From contig JBBIMI010000027.1 in the NCBI GenBank assembly GCA_037444485.1, forward strand, positions 1 to 10,144: a stretch of 10,144 nucleotides of DNA. Direction: 5' to 3'. The notes beneath the pieces were generated by a model. It had not been told where the DNA came from. It saw only the letters and a program-made list of their open reading frames with translations, and did not search any database. The stretch comes from Candidatus Micrarchaeota archaeon (GTDB lineage Archaea; Micrarchaeota; Micrarchaeia; Norongarragalinales; Norongarragalinaceae). Made by a program: the position numbers and the translations under genes. Shown here in pieces: positions 1-5,968 of the stretch; the stretch's first letter is position 1, and each line of letters begins with the position of its first letter.

Positions 1-224
1 GCTTCGCGCGGACGCGAGTCCTGCTCGTGCTGCCATGCTGTTGAAGGACGCGTCGGCGCGTGACTTGTTTCGTTTCAAGCCAAAGTTTCGCCTGCGCTAG
101 GCGCGGCCACTTCTGGGGCCGCGCGTACTTCCACAAGAGCGCGGGCGACGCCGACTTGAAAACAGTCGCGCGTTACGTGCGCGAGGATAACGACGCCCGC
201 CAACGCAAGCTGGCAGCATACTAG
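1..224 (+). pseudogene. tnpA: IS200/IS605-family Y1 transposase (TnpA), 3' remnant, disrupted
   Basis: Frame 2 (2-97) reads LRADASPARAAMLLKDASARDLFRFKPKFRLR then TAG at 98-100. Frame 3 (102-224) continues RGHFWGRAYFHKSAGDADLKTVARYVREDNDARQRKLAAY*. Joined, this matches the TnpA C-terminal pattern LLKGxSS...LR...HFWxxxYFxxSxG...xxYV. It has a stop, a frameshift and a KG-to-KD change. The 5' part lies outside the window. Confidence 0.85.
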
Positions 225-256
225 AAATCCTACGCCTTCAGGCGTAGGTTATTTAA
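224..256 (+). mobile_element. IS200/IS605 right-end subterminal hairpin
   Basis: Perfect stem CCTACGCC(229-236)-TTCA-GGCGTAGG(241-248), preceded by GAAAT, immediately after the tnpA stop. This is the typical form of IS200/IS605 ends. The exact boundary is uncertain. Confidence 0.75.
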
Positions 257-1202
257 TAGAAATAGATTCTGCGTAAAATAAAGACGCTATAAACAACGCG
301 TACAACAGTAATAAAATTATTCTCTCGCGCTTGCCCCAGCGTTTTCTGAAGCGCAGCAACAACCACAACACGCCGTTAACAATGAGGGAAAACAAAATCA
401 AGTCTAGAAACGCGTTCGCGTTCGCGCTCAACGGGTTGAGTAACGCCGCGACGCCGAGAACCAGCGTCAAGTTGACGACTGCAGACCCGAGCGCGTTACC
501 CAAAGCCAAGCCGCCCGCGCCTTTCCGCACCGCGGCAACGCTGACTGCCAGCTCCGGCAGGGATGTTCCGAGAGCAATCAAACTCGCGCCAATGAAGGCC
601 TTCGAAACGCCGAAAGCGTTAGCCAAGTCAACGCCAGCGCGAACCGCGTAATCCGCACTTAAAAGAACAACCGCTATTCCGAGTACGAACAAGAACGCGC
701 TAGTTACAGCGCGTTTTCCAGAAATTCTTTCCGCGCGCGGTTCAAGCGTAATGCGTTGCTTCAACACGAGGTAAGCGAAGGCGATAAAGAAAAACAAGAG
801 GAATAAGCCCGCTCGCGGTTTCAACTCGTCGCTCAACAACGCCAGCGGCAGTATGGAAGTGGCGGCGAGCGCGGCGAGCAACTCGAAAGTATTTATCTTT
901 CGGTTGTCGAGCTTAATGTTCCCGAAAAACAATGCAGCGCCCAACACGAGCGTCAAGTCGACGATGTTCGAGCCGAAAACGTTTCCAACCGCTATTCCGC
1001 CCACGCCTTGAAGCGAAGCGATTGATGAAACAACGAGTTCTGGAAGCGAAGTCGCGACTGAAAGCAGGATAAATCCTATCGCGAGTTCGCTCACGCGCAG
1101 AAAATGCGCGAGAACGAGGGAATGCTCTATGACGAATTCGCTGGCTTTCGCGAGCACGACGAGCGAAATTACGAGTACTGCGAGCAATTCAATTAACGCC
1201 AT
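249..1202 (-). CDS. Sodium:calcium exchanger, CaCA family (YrbG/NCX_Mj-like)
   Basis: 317 aa, about 10 hydrophobic helices, two alpha-repeats: ATSLPE...GNVFGSNIVD and GTSLPE...GNALGSAVVN. Confidence 0.95.
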   Translation of the reverse strand: MALIELLAVLVISLVVLAKASEFVIEHSLVLAHFLRVSELAIGFILLSVATSLPELVVSSIASLQGVGGIAVGNVFGSNIVDLTLVLGAALFFGNIKLDNRKINTFELLAALAATSILPLALLSDELKPRAGLFLLFFFIAFAYLVLKQRITLEPRAERISGKRAVTSAFLFVLGIAVVLLSADYAVRAGVDLANAFGVSKAFIGASLIALGTSLPELAVSVAAVRKGAGGLALGNALGSAVVNLTLVLGVAALLNPLSANANAFLDLILFSLIVNGVLWLLLRFRKRWGKRERIILLLLYALFIASLFYAESISIK

Positions 1203-1224
1203 GCTTTAAACAAACGCGCAGTTG

Positions 1225-1234
1225 ATTAAAAAAA
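1225..1234 (-). promoter_or_regulatory. Putative archaeal TATA box for a leaderless exchanger transcript
   Basis: Minus-strand TTTTTTTAAT lies about 23-32 nt upstream of the ATG at 1202, with no SD motif in between. Confidence 0.45.
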
Positions 1235-1267
1235 GTTTGCAGAAGATTCGCGGAAGAAAAAAAAATT

Positions 1268-1516
1268 TCAGAATGGGTTTCCGAAAACGATTAACGCAAC
1301 GACCGTGTGCAGTAAGACCGAGGCGAAAAACAAGCACCAGTAGTAACAGTGCTTGGCGTAAAACTTCTTGTACCAATCGTGCTTCCACAGCAAGTTCGCC
1401 AGCCGCGGGCCTGTCAAGCACCTGCACGAAAAGAAAACCAACGCCAAGCCGATTAGGTTGAGAATGCCGAGCGCGAACAACAGCTTCAAGCCCAAAGCGG
1501 TTTCAATCAAAGGCAT
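1268..1516 (-). CDS. Small 2-TM membrane protein with CxC and His-x13-His (possible heme b binder)
   Basis: 82 aa with two clear hydrophobic helices, SCRC after TM1, and FYAKHCYYW...LLH placing H56 and H70 on TM2. TTTTTATT lies about 25 nt upstream of the ATG. Confidence 0.8.
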   Translation of the reverse strand: MPLIETALGLKLLFALGILNLIGLALVFFSCRCLTGPRLANLLWKHDWYKKFYAKHCYYWCLFFASVLLHTVVALIVFGNPF

Positions 1517-1550
1517 GCTTCAACAATGCACGCGGCGAATAAAAAACTTT

Positions 1551-1660
1551 TCATCAACCCAGCAACCCGTCAATTCGCCAACCCGTCAATCCATCAACTG
1601 CAAACCGCATCCAACCTCGTCCGACCGCATTAAATCGCGTCAACAGCATTCAACCGCATT
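1551..1660. repeat. Two abutting degenerate tandem arrays (6 x 8 nt, then 6 x 10 nt)
   Basis: 1551-1598: tcatcaac ccagcaac ccgtcaat tcgccaac ccgtcaat ccatcaac. 1601-1660: caaaccgcat ccaacctcgt ccgaccgcat taaatcgcgt caacagcatt caaccgcatt. Confidence 0.75.
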
Positions 1661-1665
1661 AATGG

Positions 1666-1673
1666 TTTTTAAA
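1666..1673 (+). promoter_or_regulatory. Putative archaeal TATA box for the DUF373 gene
   Basis: TTTTTAAA ends 25 nt before the ATG at 1698, the expected geometry for a leaderless mRNA. Confidence 0.55.
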
Positions 1674-1697
1674 TTCACGCGTTCTTAAAATAAGTTT

Positions 1698-2924
1698 ATG
1701 GCGAAATCGAAACGCTTGCTCGTCTTGTGTGTTGACGTTGACGACGACCTCGGCGAAAAAACGGGAATCAAGGGACCCGTCATCGGCAAGAAAGCGTGCG
1801 TTGAGGCCGGAACCAAGCTGGCGCTCGCCGACCCCGAAGACGTGGACGCAAACTCAATTTTTCAAGCTGTGAAAGCGTTCGACGAATTACGCGAGCTAGG
1901 GCACGAAACCGAAATCGCTGTCGTGACCGGCAGCGCGAGGTTGGGTTACGAAGCTGACGCGAACGTAGTCAAGCAACTCGAGCGGATAGTGAAAGACTTC
2001 CAGCCTGAAGCGTGCGTTTTCGTCAGCGACGGCGCGAGCGACGAGCGGCTCGTGCCATTAATTCAATCACGCGTGAAGATAGATGCAGTGCGCGCGGTGA
2101 CCGTCAAGCAAACAAAGGAAATAGAGAAAACGTATTTTGTGATTCTAGAAAAATTGAAGGAACCGCACTTTGCGCGCATCGTGTTCGGAATTCCGGGACT
2201 CGCCCTCATCTTGTTCGCGTTTTCAGAATTATTGGGCGTGCGGTTGTTCGTAGGCTTGCTGGGCGCTTACTTGTTGTTTAAGGGACTCGGGCTTGAAGAA
2301 CAATTGTTCAAGCGCTTGAGCTTGTCACGCTACTCGTTTGAAAACGTTTCCTTCGTTTTTTATTTTGCTGCAGTTCCGCTTGCGATAGTCGCTGTCTGGC
2401 TCGCGGTTTCGCGTGTTGTCGCGCTCGAGTACGCTGGCGAGTCGAACGTCGCCAAGCTAGTCGCATGGTTTTTGAAAGACTTGCTGCTACTTTTACCTGT
2501 CAGCCTGCTGTTGATAGTCGCTGGAAACGTGTTGCAGGCGTTGCATGACAAGAAACACCACTTGCTTCCCAGGCAAATCATTTACGGAAGCGTTGTTTTC
2601 TTGTTTTGGCTCGTGTTCAACAACGCTGCTGATTGGATTATTGGTAGTACTTCTTTCGCCAACTTTTTCTATTTGCTTATTCTCGGCGTTTTAGCAATGT
2701 ACCTCGTTATTTACTTGTCGAACGAATTCCGTAAAGGCATCGTGTCGAGAATGAAGTTGGAGGGAAAGGAAGCGTACACTGAAATCGGGGGCCTCATCGG
2801 CAAAGTAGTTGGCTTAAACAAGAAGAAGGACGCATTCGTCATTCAGACTACTTCAGGCCAGAAAATTGATCTTGACTTTAACCACATCGCGAACGTTGGC
2901 GAGAAGATAATCATCAAGTACTAA
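1698..2924 (+). CDS. DUF373 family archaeal membrane protein with C-terminal PRC-barrel-like domain
   Basis: The N-terminus LVLCVDVDDDLGEKTGIKGPVIG...LALADPEDVDAN, plus VSDGASDE and VKQTKEIEKTYF, are DUF373 (COG2237) hallmarks. About 6 TM helices follow, then a soluble tail LEGKEAYTEIGGLIGKV...IANVGEKIII. Confidence 0.9.
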   Translation: MAKSKRLLVLCVDVDDDLGEKTGIKGPVIGKKACVEAGTKLALADPEDVDANSIFQAVKAFDELRELGHETEIAVVTGSARLGYEADANVVKQLERIVKDFQPEACVFVSDGASDERLVPLIQSRVKIDAVRAVTVKQTKEIEKTYFVILEKLKEPHFARIVFGIPGLALILFAFSELLGVRLFVGLLGAYLLFKGLGLEEQLFKRLSLSRYSFENVSFVFYFAAVPLAIVAVWLAVSRVVALEYAGESNVAKLVAWFLKDLLLLLPVSLLLIVAGNVLQALHDKKHHLLPRQIIYGSVVFLFWLVFNNAADWIIGSTSFANFFYLLILGVLAMYLVIYLSNEFRKGIVSRMKLEGKEAYTEIGGLIGKVVGLNKKKDAFVIQTTSGQKIDLDFNHIANVGEKIIIKY

Positions 2925-2969
2925 AACTGGTTTTAAATTGATTTTAAACTGGTTTTAAAAAACTTTAAA
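2924..2969. repeat. 11-nt AT-rich tandem repeat directly after the stop codon
   Basis: aaactggtttt aaattgatttt aaactggtttt aaaaaacttt aaa. Confidence 0.7.
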
Positions 2970-2984
2970 GCGAATTAACTCAAA

Positions 2985-3017
2985 ATTACTATAACTCAAC
3001 TTAAGATTACTATAACT
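2985..3017. repeat. 12-nt exact direct repeat, 21-nt period
   Basis: ATTACTATAACT at 2985-2996 and 3006-3017. Confidence 0.8.
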
Positions 3018-3095
3018 TAAAACGAGTGAACTGACTCGAAACGAACGAGGTTAATCTTGCGAGTTACTAGAGCCGCACGGCTTTCAACGAAAACT

Positions 3096-3174
3096 GATTT
3101 TAGAGGCGATTTTAGAAATTTTAGAAATTTTTAAAATTTTTGAATTTTTGAATTTTGGAATTTTCGAATTTTTG
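3096..3174. repeat. Degenerate 8-9 nt tandem array (about 9 units)
   Basis: Units drift from gattttaga/aattttaga to aatttttg/aattttgg/aattttcg. Confidence 0.8.
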
Positions 3175-3189
3175 TTCACAATTTTATGT

Positions 3190-3288
3190 GAGGGCTCCCG
3201 CGTTTCCGGCGAGACTGACGGCCGAGGACGACTCGCGCTGCCGCCTCGGTGCGGCCGCGCCGCTGGTGCGGCCGGCGCTGCTGCCGTG
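3190..3288 (+). ncRNA. Candidate structured RNA (GC-rich island; K-turn, pseudoknot and hairpin potential)
   Basis: About 100 nt of very GC-rich sequence in an AT-rich spacer. GCGAG(3209-13)/CTCGC(3232-36) with a 3-nt bulge and tandem GA/GA. CCGAGG(3222-27) is complementary to CCTCGG(3244-49). A 10-bp hairpin forms at 3252-61/3265-74. No known family recognised. Confidence 0.3.
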
Positions 3289-3318
3289 TTTTAACGCTTA
3301 ACGCATGCTTGCGCATGC

Positions 3319-3633
3319 TTAACGCATTCGTTCTTCTGGATGGTATAATATTCCTAATACTAGAAGAATCAGGCCTGCAATCAAGTCGACAACACCTGAA
3401 TTCAAGTAAGCTGCTTGCGTTTCTGAAATTACGGCTTTGCCTTGCTCGAGCGCCGCGCTTGAATCGCCGCCTCCTGCTTGTTGAAGCGCGCTGAACTGTT
3501 GTTCTAAAATCTTTACAGTAGCGCTTGCCTGCACTCCAGTTGCGTAATACTGGTTGAACTGGTATGCCGCCAGTCCGACCAGCAAAACCCCTAGAATTAA
3601 AGCCGCTTTGCTTAACGCATGCGTTTTGCTCAA
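3319..3633 (-). CDS. Hypothetical membrane protein (N- and C-terminal TM helices)
   Basis: 104 aa with a TTG start preceded by SD-like AGGGTGGT. Two hydrophobic segments flank a helical Q/A-rich loop. Confidence 0.8.
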   Translation of the reverse strand: MSKTHALSKAALILGVLLVGLAAYQFNQYYATGVQASATVKILEQQFSALQQAGGGDSSAALEQGKAVISETQAAYLNSGVVDLIAGLILLVLGILYHPEERMR

Positions 3634-3676
3634 CTAAACCACCCTCTTTCTAGATTTTACAAATTTTTTTAATTTA

Positions 3677-3708
3677 TTTTGATTTGATGCTTGTTTTGAT
3701 TTGATGCT
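3677..3708. repeat. 15-nt direct repeat, 17-nt period
   Basis: TTTTGATTTGATGCT at 3677-3691 and 3694-3708. Confidence 0.8.
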
Positions 3709-3712
3709 CGTT

Positions 3713-4159
3713 TTACTGTATTCTGCCTTCGCGCCACAGGAATGCTTTGCGTTTAAAGCGTTTTGGAATGCGTTTCTCTTGCTTGAAGCTCTGCGCGCGG
3801 CGTACTTCGTCTTCGAGGTCTTTCAAAGTGTTTTCAAGTGCTGAATACAAGTTTTCCTTATCCGTCCGCTTCGCGAACAGTTCGCCGTTGTCGAGGTGTA
3901 ACGTTAACCGGAGTTCGAAAAGCGACTTGCCGCCCCCGCGTTTAGGCTTCGCGCGTTTGACGTTCACACTCATTCCCTTGATTGTCGGCAAGAGTTTTTC
4001 CCACTTTTGCATGAAACGCAGGCACTCGCTCTCGACGGATTGCTTGAAGGGTTTTTCCTCGTCTTGCAGGCCGGAAACTTGCACGTACCAGCGTTCACGC
4101 GGCCATGAAAGCAGTTCGCGGGCTTTCTTGTAGAATTTCTTTAAAAAGCGTTCAACCAT
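3713..4159 (-). CDS. HPF/RaiA (S30AE)-like ribosome-associated protein, archaeal type
   Basis: Beta-alpha-beta-beta-beta-alpha pattern: YVQVSGL / SVESECLRFMQKWEKLL / MSVNVKR / LFELRLTLHL / ELFAKRTDKENLYSALENTLKDLEDEVRR. The last segment resembles the HPF motif 'A.....DLYAAID.A.DKLERQLRK'. SD GAGGT lies upstream of the ATG. Confidence 0.7.
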   Translation of the reverse strand: MVERFLKKFYKKARELLSWPRERWYVQVSGLQDEEKPFKQSVESECLRFMQKWEKLLPTIKGMSVNVKRAKPKRGGGKSLFELRLTLHLDNGELFAKRTDKENLYSALENTLKDLEDEVRRAQSFKQEKRIPKRFKRKAFLWREGRIQ

Positions 4160-4225
4160 GTTTTACCTCTCGTTGCTTTACTCCTCGTTCGTCGCTTGTT
4201 CGTCGAACCACTCAAACTACCCCAC

Positions 4226-4268
4226 AAAAAAACTAAAAAAGGAAGGCAACTCGGCGTCAAGCACGCCG
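4226..4268 (-). terminator. Putative terminator after the DUF4870 gene
   Basis: Hairpin CGGCGT(4252-57)/ACGCCG(4263-68) directly after the stop, followed on the minus strand by T6 and T7 runs. Confidence 0.45.
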
Positions 4269-4637
4269 TCAAGCATGTTGTTCCGCGTAATCGCCGATTA
4301 CTGGCAGCTTGAATTTTTGGCCGACTAGCGCTTTATACATTAACACTAGCCAGAGAATGAAGATTATTATTGCGAATGGAAAGAGCAATAATATTCCTAT
4401 TATTGAGACGAATAAGAGGACCGCGATGAACCAACTGCCTATCGCGAATAGTATTGATTGAATCACGTGAAAACGCAAGTACTTGTCTCGCTTGTCGCCT
4501 ACAAGCAAAATGATTACGTTTATTGCTATCCCGATTATAAAAAGTATTTCAATCAAGTAAGAAAACATCGCAATAAGGTTTGACGTGCCTTCCTTGCTTT
4601 CTTTGCTTCTAACTTTCACCAATTTTTTTATTTTCAC
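4269..4637 (-). CDS. DUF4870 / Tic20-like small membrane protein
   Basis: 122 aa, GTG start, 3 TM helices, motifs AMFSYL, DKYLRFHVIQS and YKALVGQKFKLPVIGDYAE. Confidence 0.88.
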   Translation of the reverse strand: MKIKKLVKVRSKESKEGTSNLIAMFSYLIEILFIIGIAINVIILLVGDKRDKYLRFHVIQSILFAIGSWFIAVLLFVSIIGILLLFPFAIIIFILWLVLMYKALVGQKFKLPVIGDYAEQHA

Positions 4638-4708
4638 CCCGCATAGTTGATTGTTAAGAGTAACAATTCTGTTTATTTAAATGCTTGTTTTGCAGCGCTT
4701 TTTTTACT

Positions 4709-4741
4709 TTTGCGGTTTTTACTTGTTTGCGGTTTTTACTT
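4709..4741. repeat. 16-nt direct repeat, 17-nt period
   Basis: TTTGCGGTTTTTACTT at 4709-4724 and 4726-4741, with partial ttttactt copies on both sides. Confidence 0.8.
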
Positions 4742-4744
4742 CTT

Positions 4745-5818
4745 TTACTTCTTGTAAAACGCTTTAAGTGCGTCCGCGATAGCGTGCAAGTCGTCTTCCG
4801 AAAGTGCGGGGTGTACTGGAAGTGAGAGAACTTGCTTGCACACGCGTTCTGTCTTAGGACAGTTCGCCTTCGCTTCAAGAACTGGAATAGAATGCAGTGG
4901 CATGGGGTAGAAAATCGAATTCCCGATTCCTTGCGAGTCGAGAAACTTTTTAAGCTCGTCTCGGTTTTCTGCTTTGATGGTGTACTGGTGGAATACGTGA
5001 AAAGCGCGGTCGTCAACGAAAGGCGTCTTCACTTGCTTGACGTTCGCCAGCAATTCGCTTAGAATCCGCGCGTTCTCGCGGCGTTTTTGAGTCCACGAGT
5101 CCAAGCGCTTGAGTTGTTCGAGTCCGACTGCCGCGTGCACGCTCGTCATGCGGTAATTGAAACCAACGTAAAGGTACTCGTAACGCGCGCGCATGCCGAC
5201 GTTTCGAATAATTCGCGCGTTTGCAGCTAGTTCATCGTTGTCCGTGAGAATCGCGCCGCCTTCGCAAGTAGTAATGTTCTTCGTGGGATAGAATGACAGC
5301 GTCGCCGCGTCGTCACCGAAATTGCGGCGACCCTTCCACTTTGCGCCAATCGCTTGACAGTTGTCGCTAATTACTTTCGCTCCGTTCGCGTGCGCTGCTT
5401 CAACAATCGCGTCAACATCGTATGCTTGTCCGTACAACGAGACGGGAATGACTGCTTTCGTCTTGCCTTTCTTCAACTCGCGAACGGTTTTTTCCGCGTG
5501 CATGTTGAACGTCTTGTCATCAACGTCGACGTATTTTATTTTCGCGCGCACGTACTTGGCTGCGTTAGCGGTTGCGATGAAGCTGAAGTCCGGAATCAAA
5601 ACTTGGTCTTTCTCTTTAACGCCGGCGGCGATTAAGGCGACGTGAAGCGCAGCAGTGCCGCTGTTGACGCACACTGCGTGCTTGTACTCGCAGTATTCCG
5701 CGAGTTTTTTCTCGAATTCCTCGACTACCGGCCCGTGCGTAAGCATTCCAGAACGCAGCACGTTGGCTACCGCATCGATTTCCTCTTGCCCAATCAAGGG
5801 TTTCGCTATCGGAATCAT
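4745..5818 (-). CDS. DegT/DnrJ/EryC1/StrS PLP-dependent sugar aminotransferase (WbpE-like)
   Basis: Motifs MIPIAKP, VNSGTAALH, FSFIATANA, DNCQAIGA, PLP-lysine motif SFYPTKNITTCEGG, GFNYRM and LSLPVHP. The start is placed at ATG 5818 because GGAGAGTGAT (SD-like) precedes it; the ORF track's start at 5836 overlaps that SD. Confidence 0.95.
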   Translation of the reverse strand: MIPIAKPLIGQEEIDAVANVLRSGMLTHGPVVEEFEKKLAEYCEYKHAVCVNSGTAALHVALIAAGVKEKDQVLIPDFSFIATANAAKYVRAKIKYVDVDDKTFNMHAEKTVRELKKGKTKAVIPVSLYGQAYDVDAIVEAAHANGAKVISDNCQAIGAKWKGRRNFGDDAATLSFYPTKNITTCEGGAILTDNDELAANARIIRNVGMRARYEYLYVGFNYRMTSVHAAVGLEQLKRLDSWTQKRRENARILSELLANVKQVKTPFVDDRAFHVFHQYTIKAENRDELKKFLDSQGIGNSIFYPMPLHSIPVLEAKANCPKTERVCKQVLSLPVHPALSEDDLHAIADALKAFYKK

Positions 5819-5839
5819 GATTAAATCACTCTCCAATTG

Positions 5840-5965
5840 TTTTGATTATGGAAAGATTACGAAATTTTGATTATGAAAAGATTACGAAAAAATTTTTTGA
5901 TTGCGTTTTTTTGATCGCGTTTAGTTTTTACTCGTTAGTTTTTGCTTTATTTAGTTTTTGCTTTA
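5840..5965. repeat. Compound intergenic tandem repeats
   Basis: 25-mer TTTTGATTATG(G/A)AAAGATTACGAAA at 5840-64 and 5865-89, then ttttttgat(t/c)gcgttt twice, then ttagttttt(a/g)ct three times. Confidence 0.85.
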
Positions 5966-5968
5966 ATG

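Noticed and set aside
1206..1688. ORFs 1206-1427(-), 1222-1461(+) and 1368-1688(+)
   Set aside because: They overlap the better-supported 82-aa membrane gene, promoter regions or the repeat array, and their composition is not protein-like.
2924..3180. Replication origin in the AT-rich repeat spacer
   Set aside because: No ORB-like motif with a G-string was seen and there is no cdc6/orc1 gene in the window.
3190..3288. tRNA, 5S rRNA, SRP, RNase P, hammerhead, HDV ribozyme or H/ACA identity for the GC-rich island
   Set aside because: There is no T-loop or cloverleaf and no conserved SRP or RNase P motif. The CUGAnGA/GAAA core and the HDV P1/P3 pairings are incomplete. The only terminal ACA is on the strand opposite the K-turn.
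3177..3494. ORF 3249-3494(+) and a 46-codon Arg-rich minus-strand ORF (MRKHALSVKTRQQRRPHQRR...) across the GC-rich island
   Set aside because: Arg/Gly/Ala richness simply reflects GC content and there are no family motifs. The minus ORF cannot be fully excluded.
5840..5965. Possible CRISPR array or ORF 5842-6027 in the 25-nt repeats
   Set aside because: The repeats are directly adjacent with no unique spacers and there are no cas genes. The ORF is translated repeat sequence.
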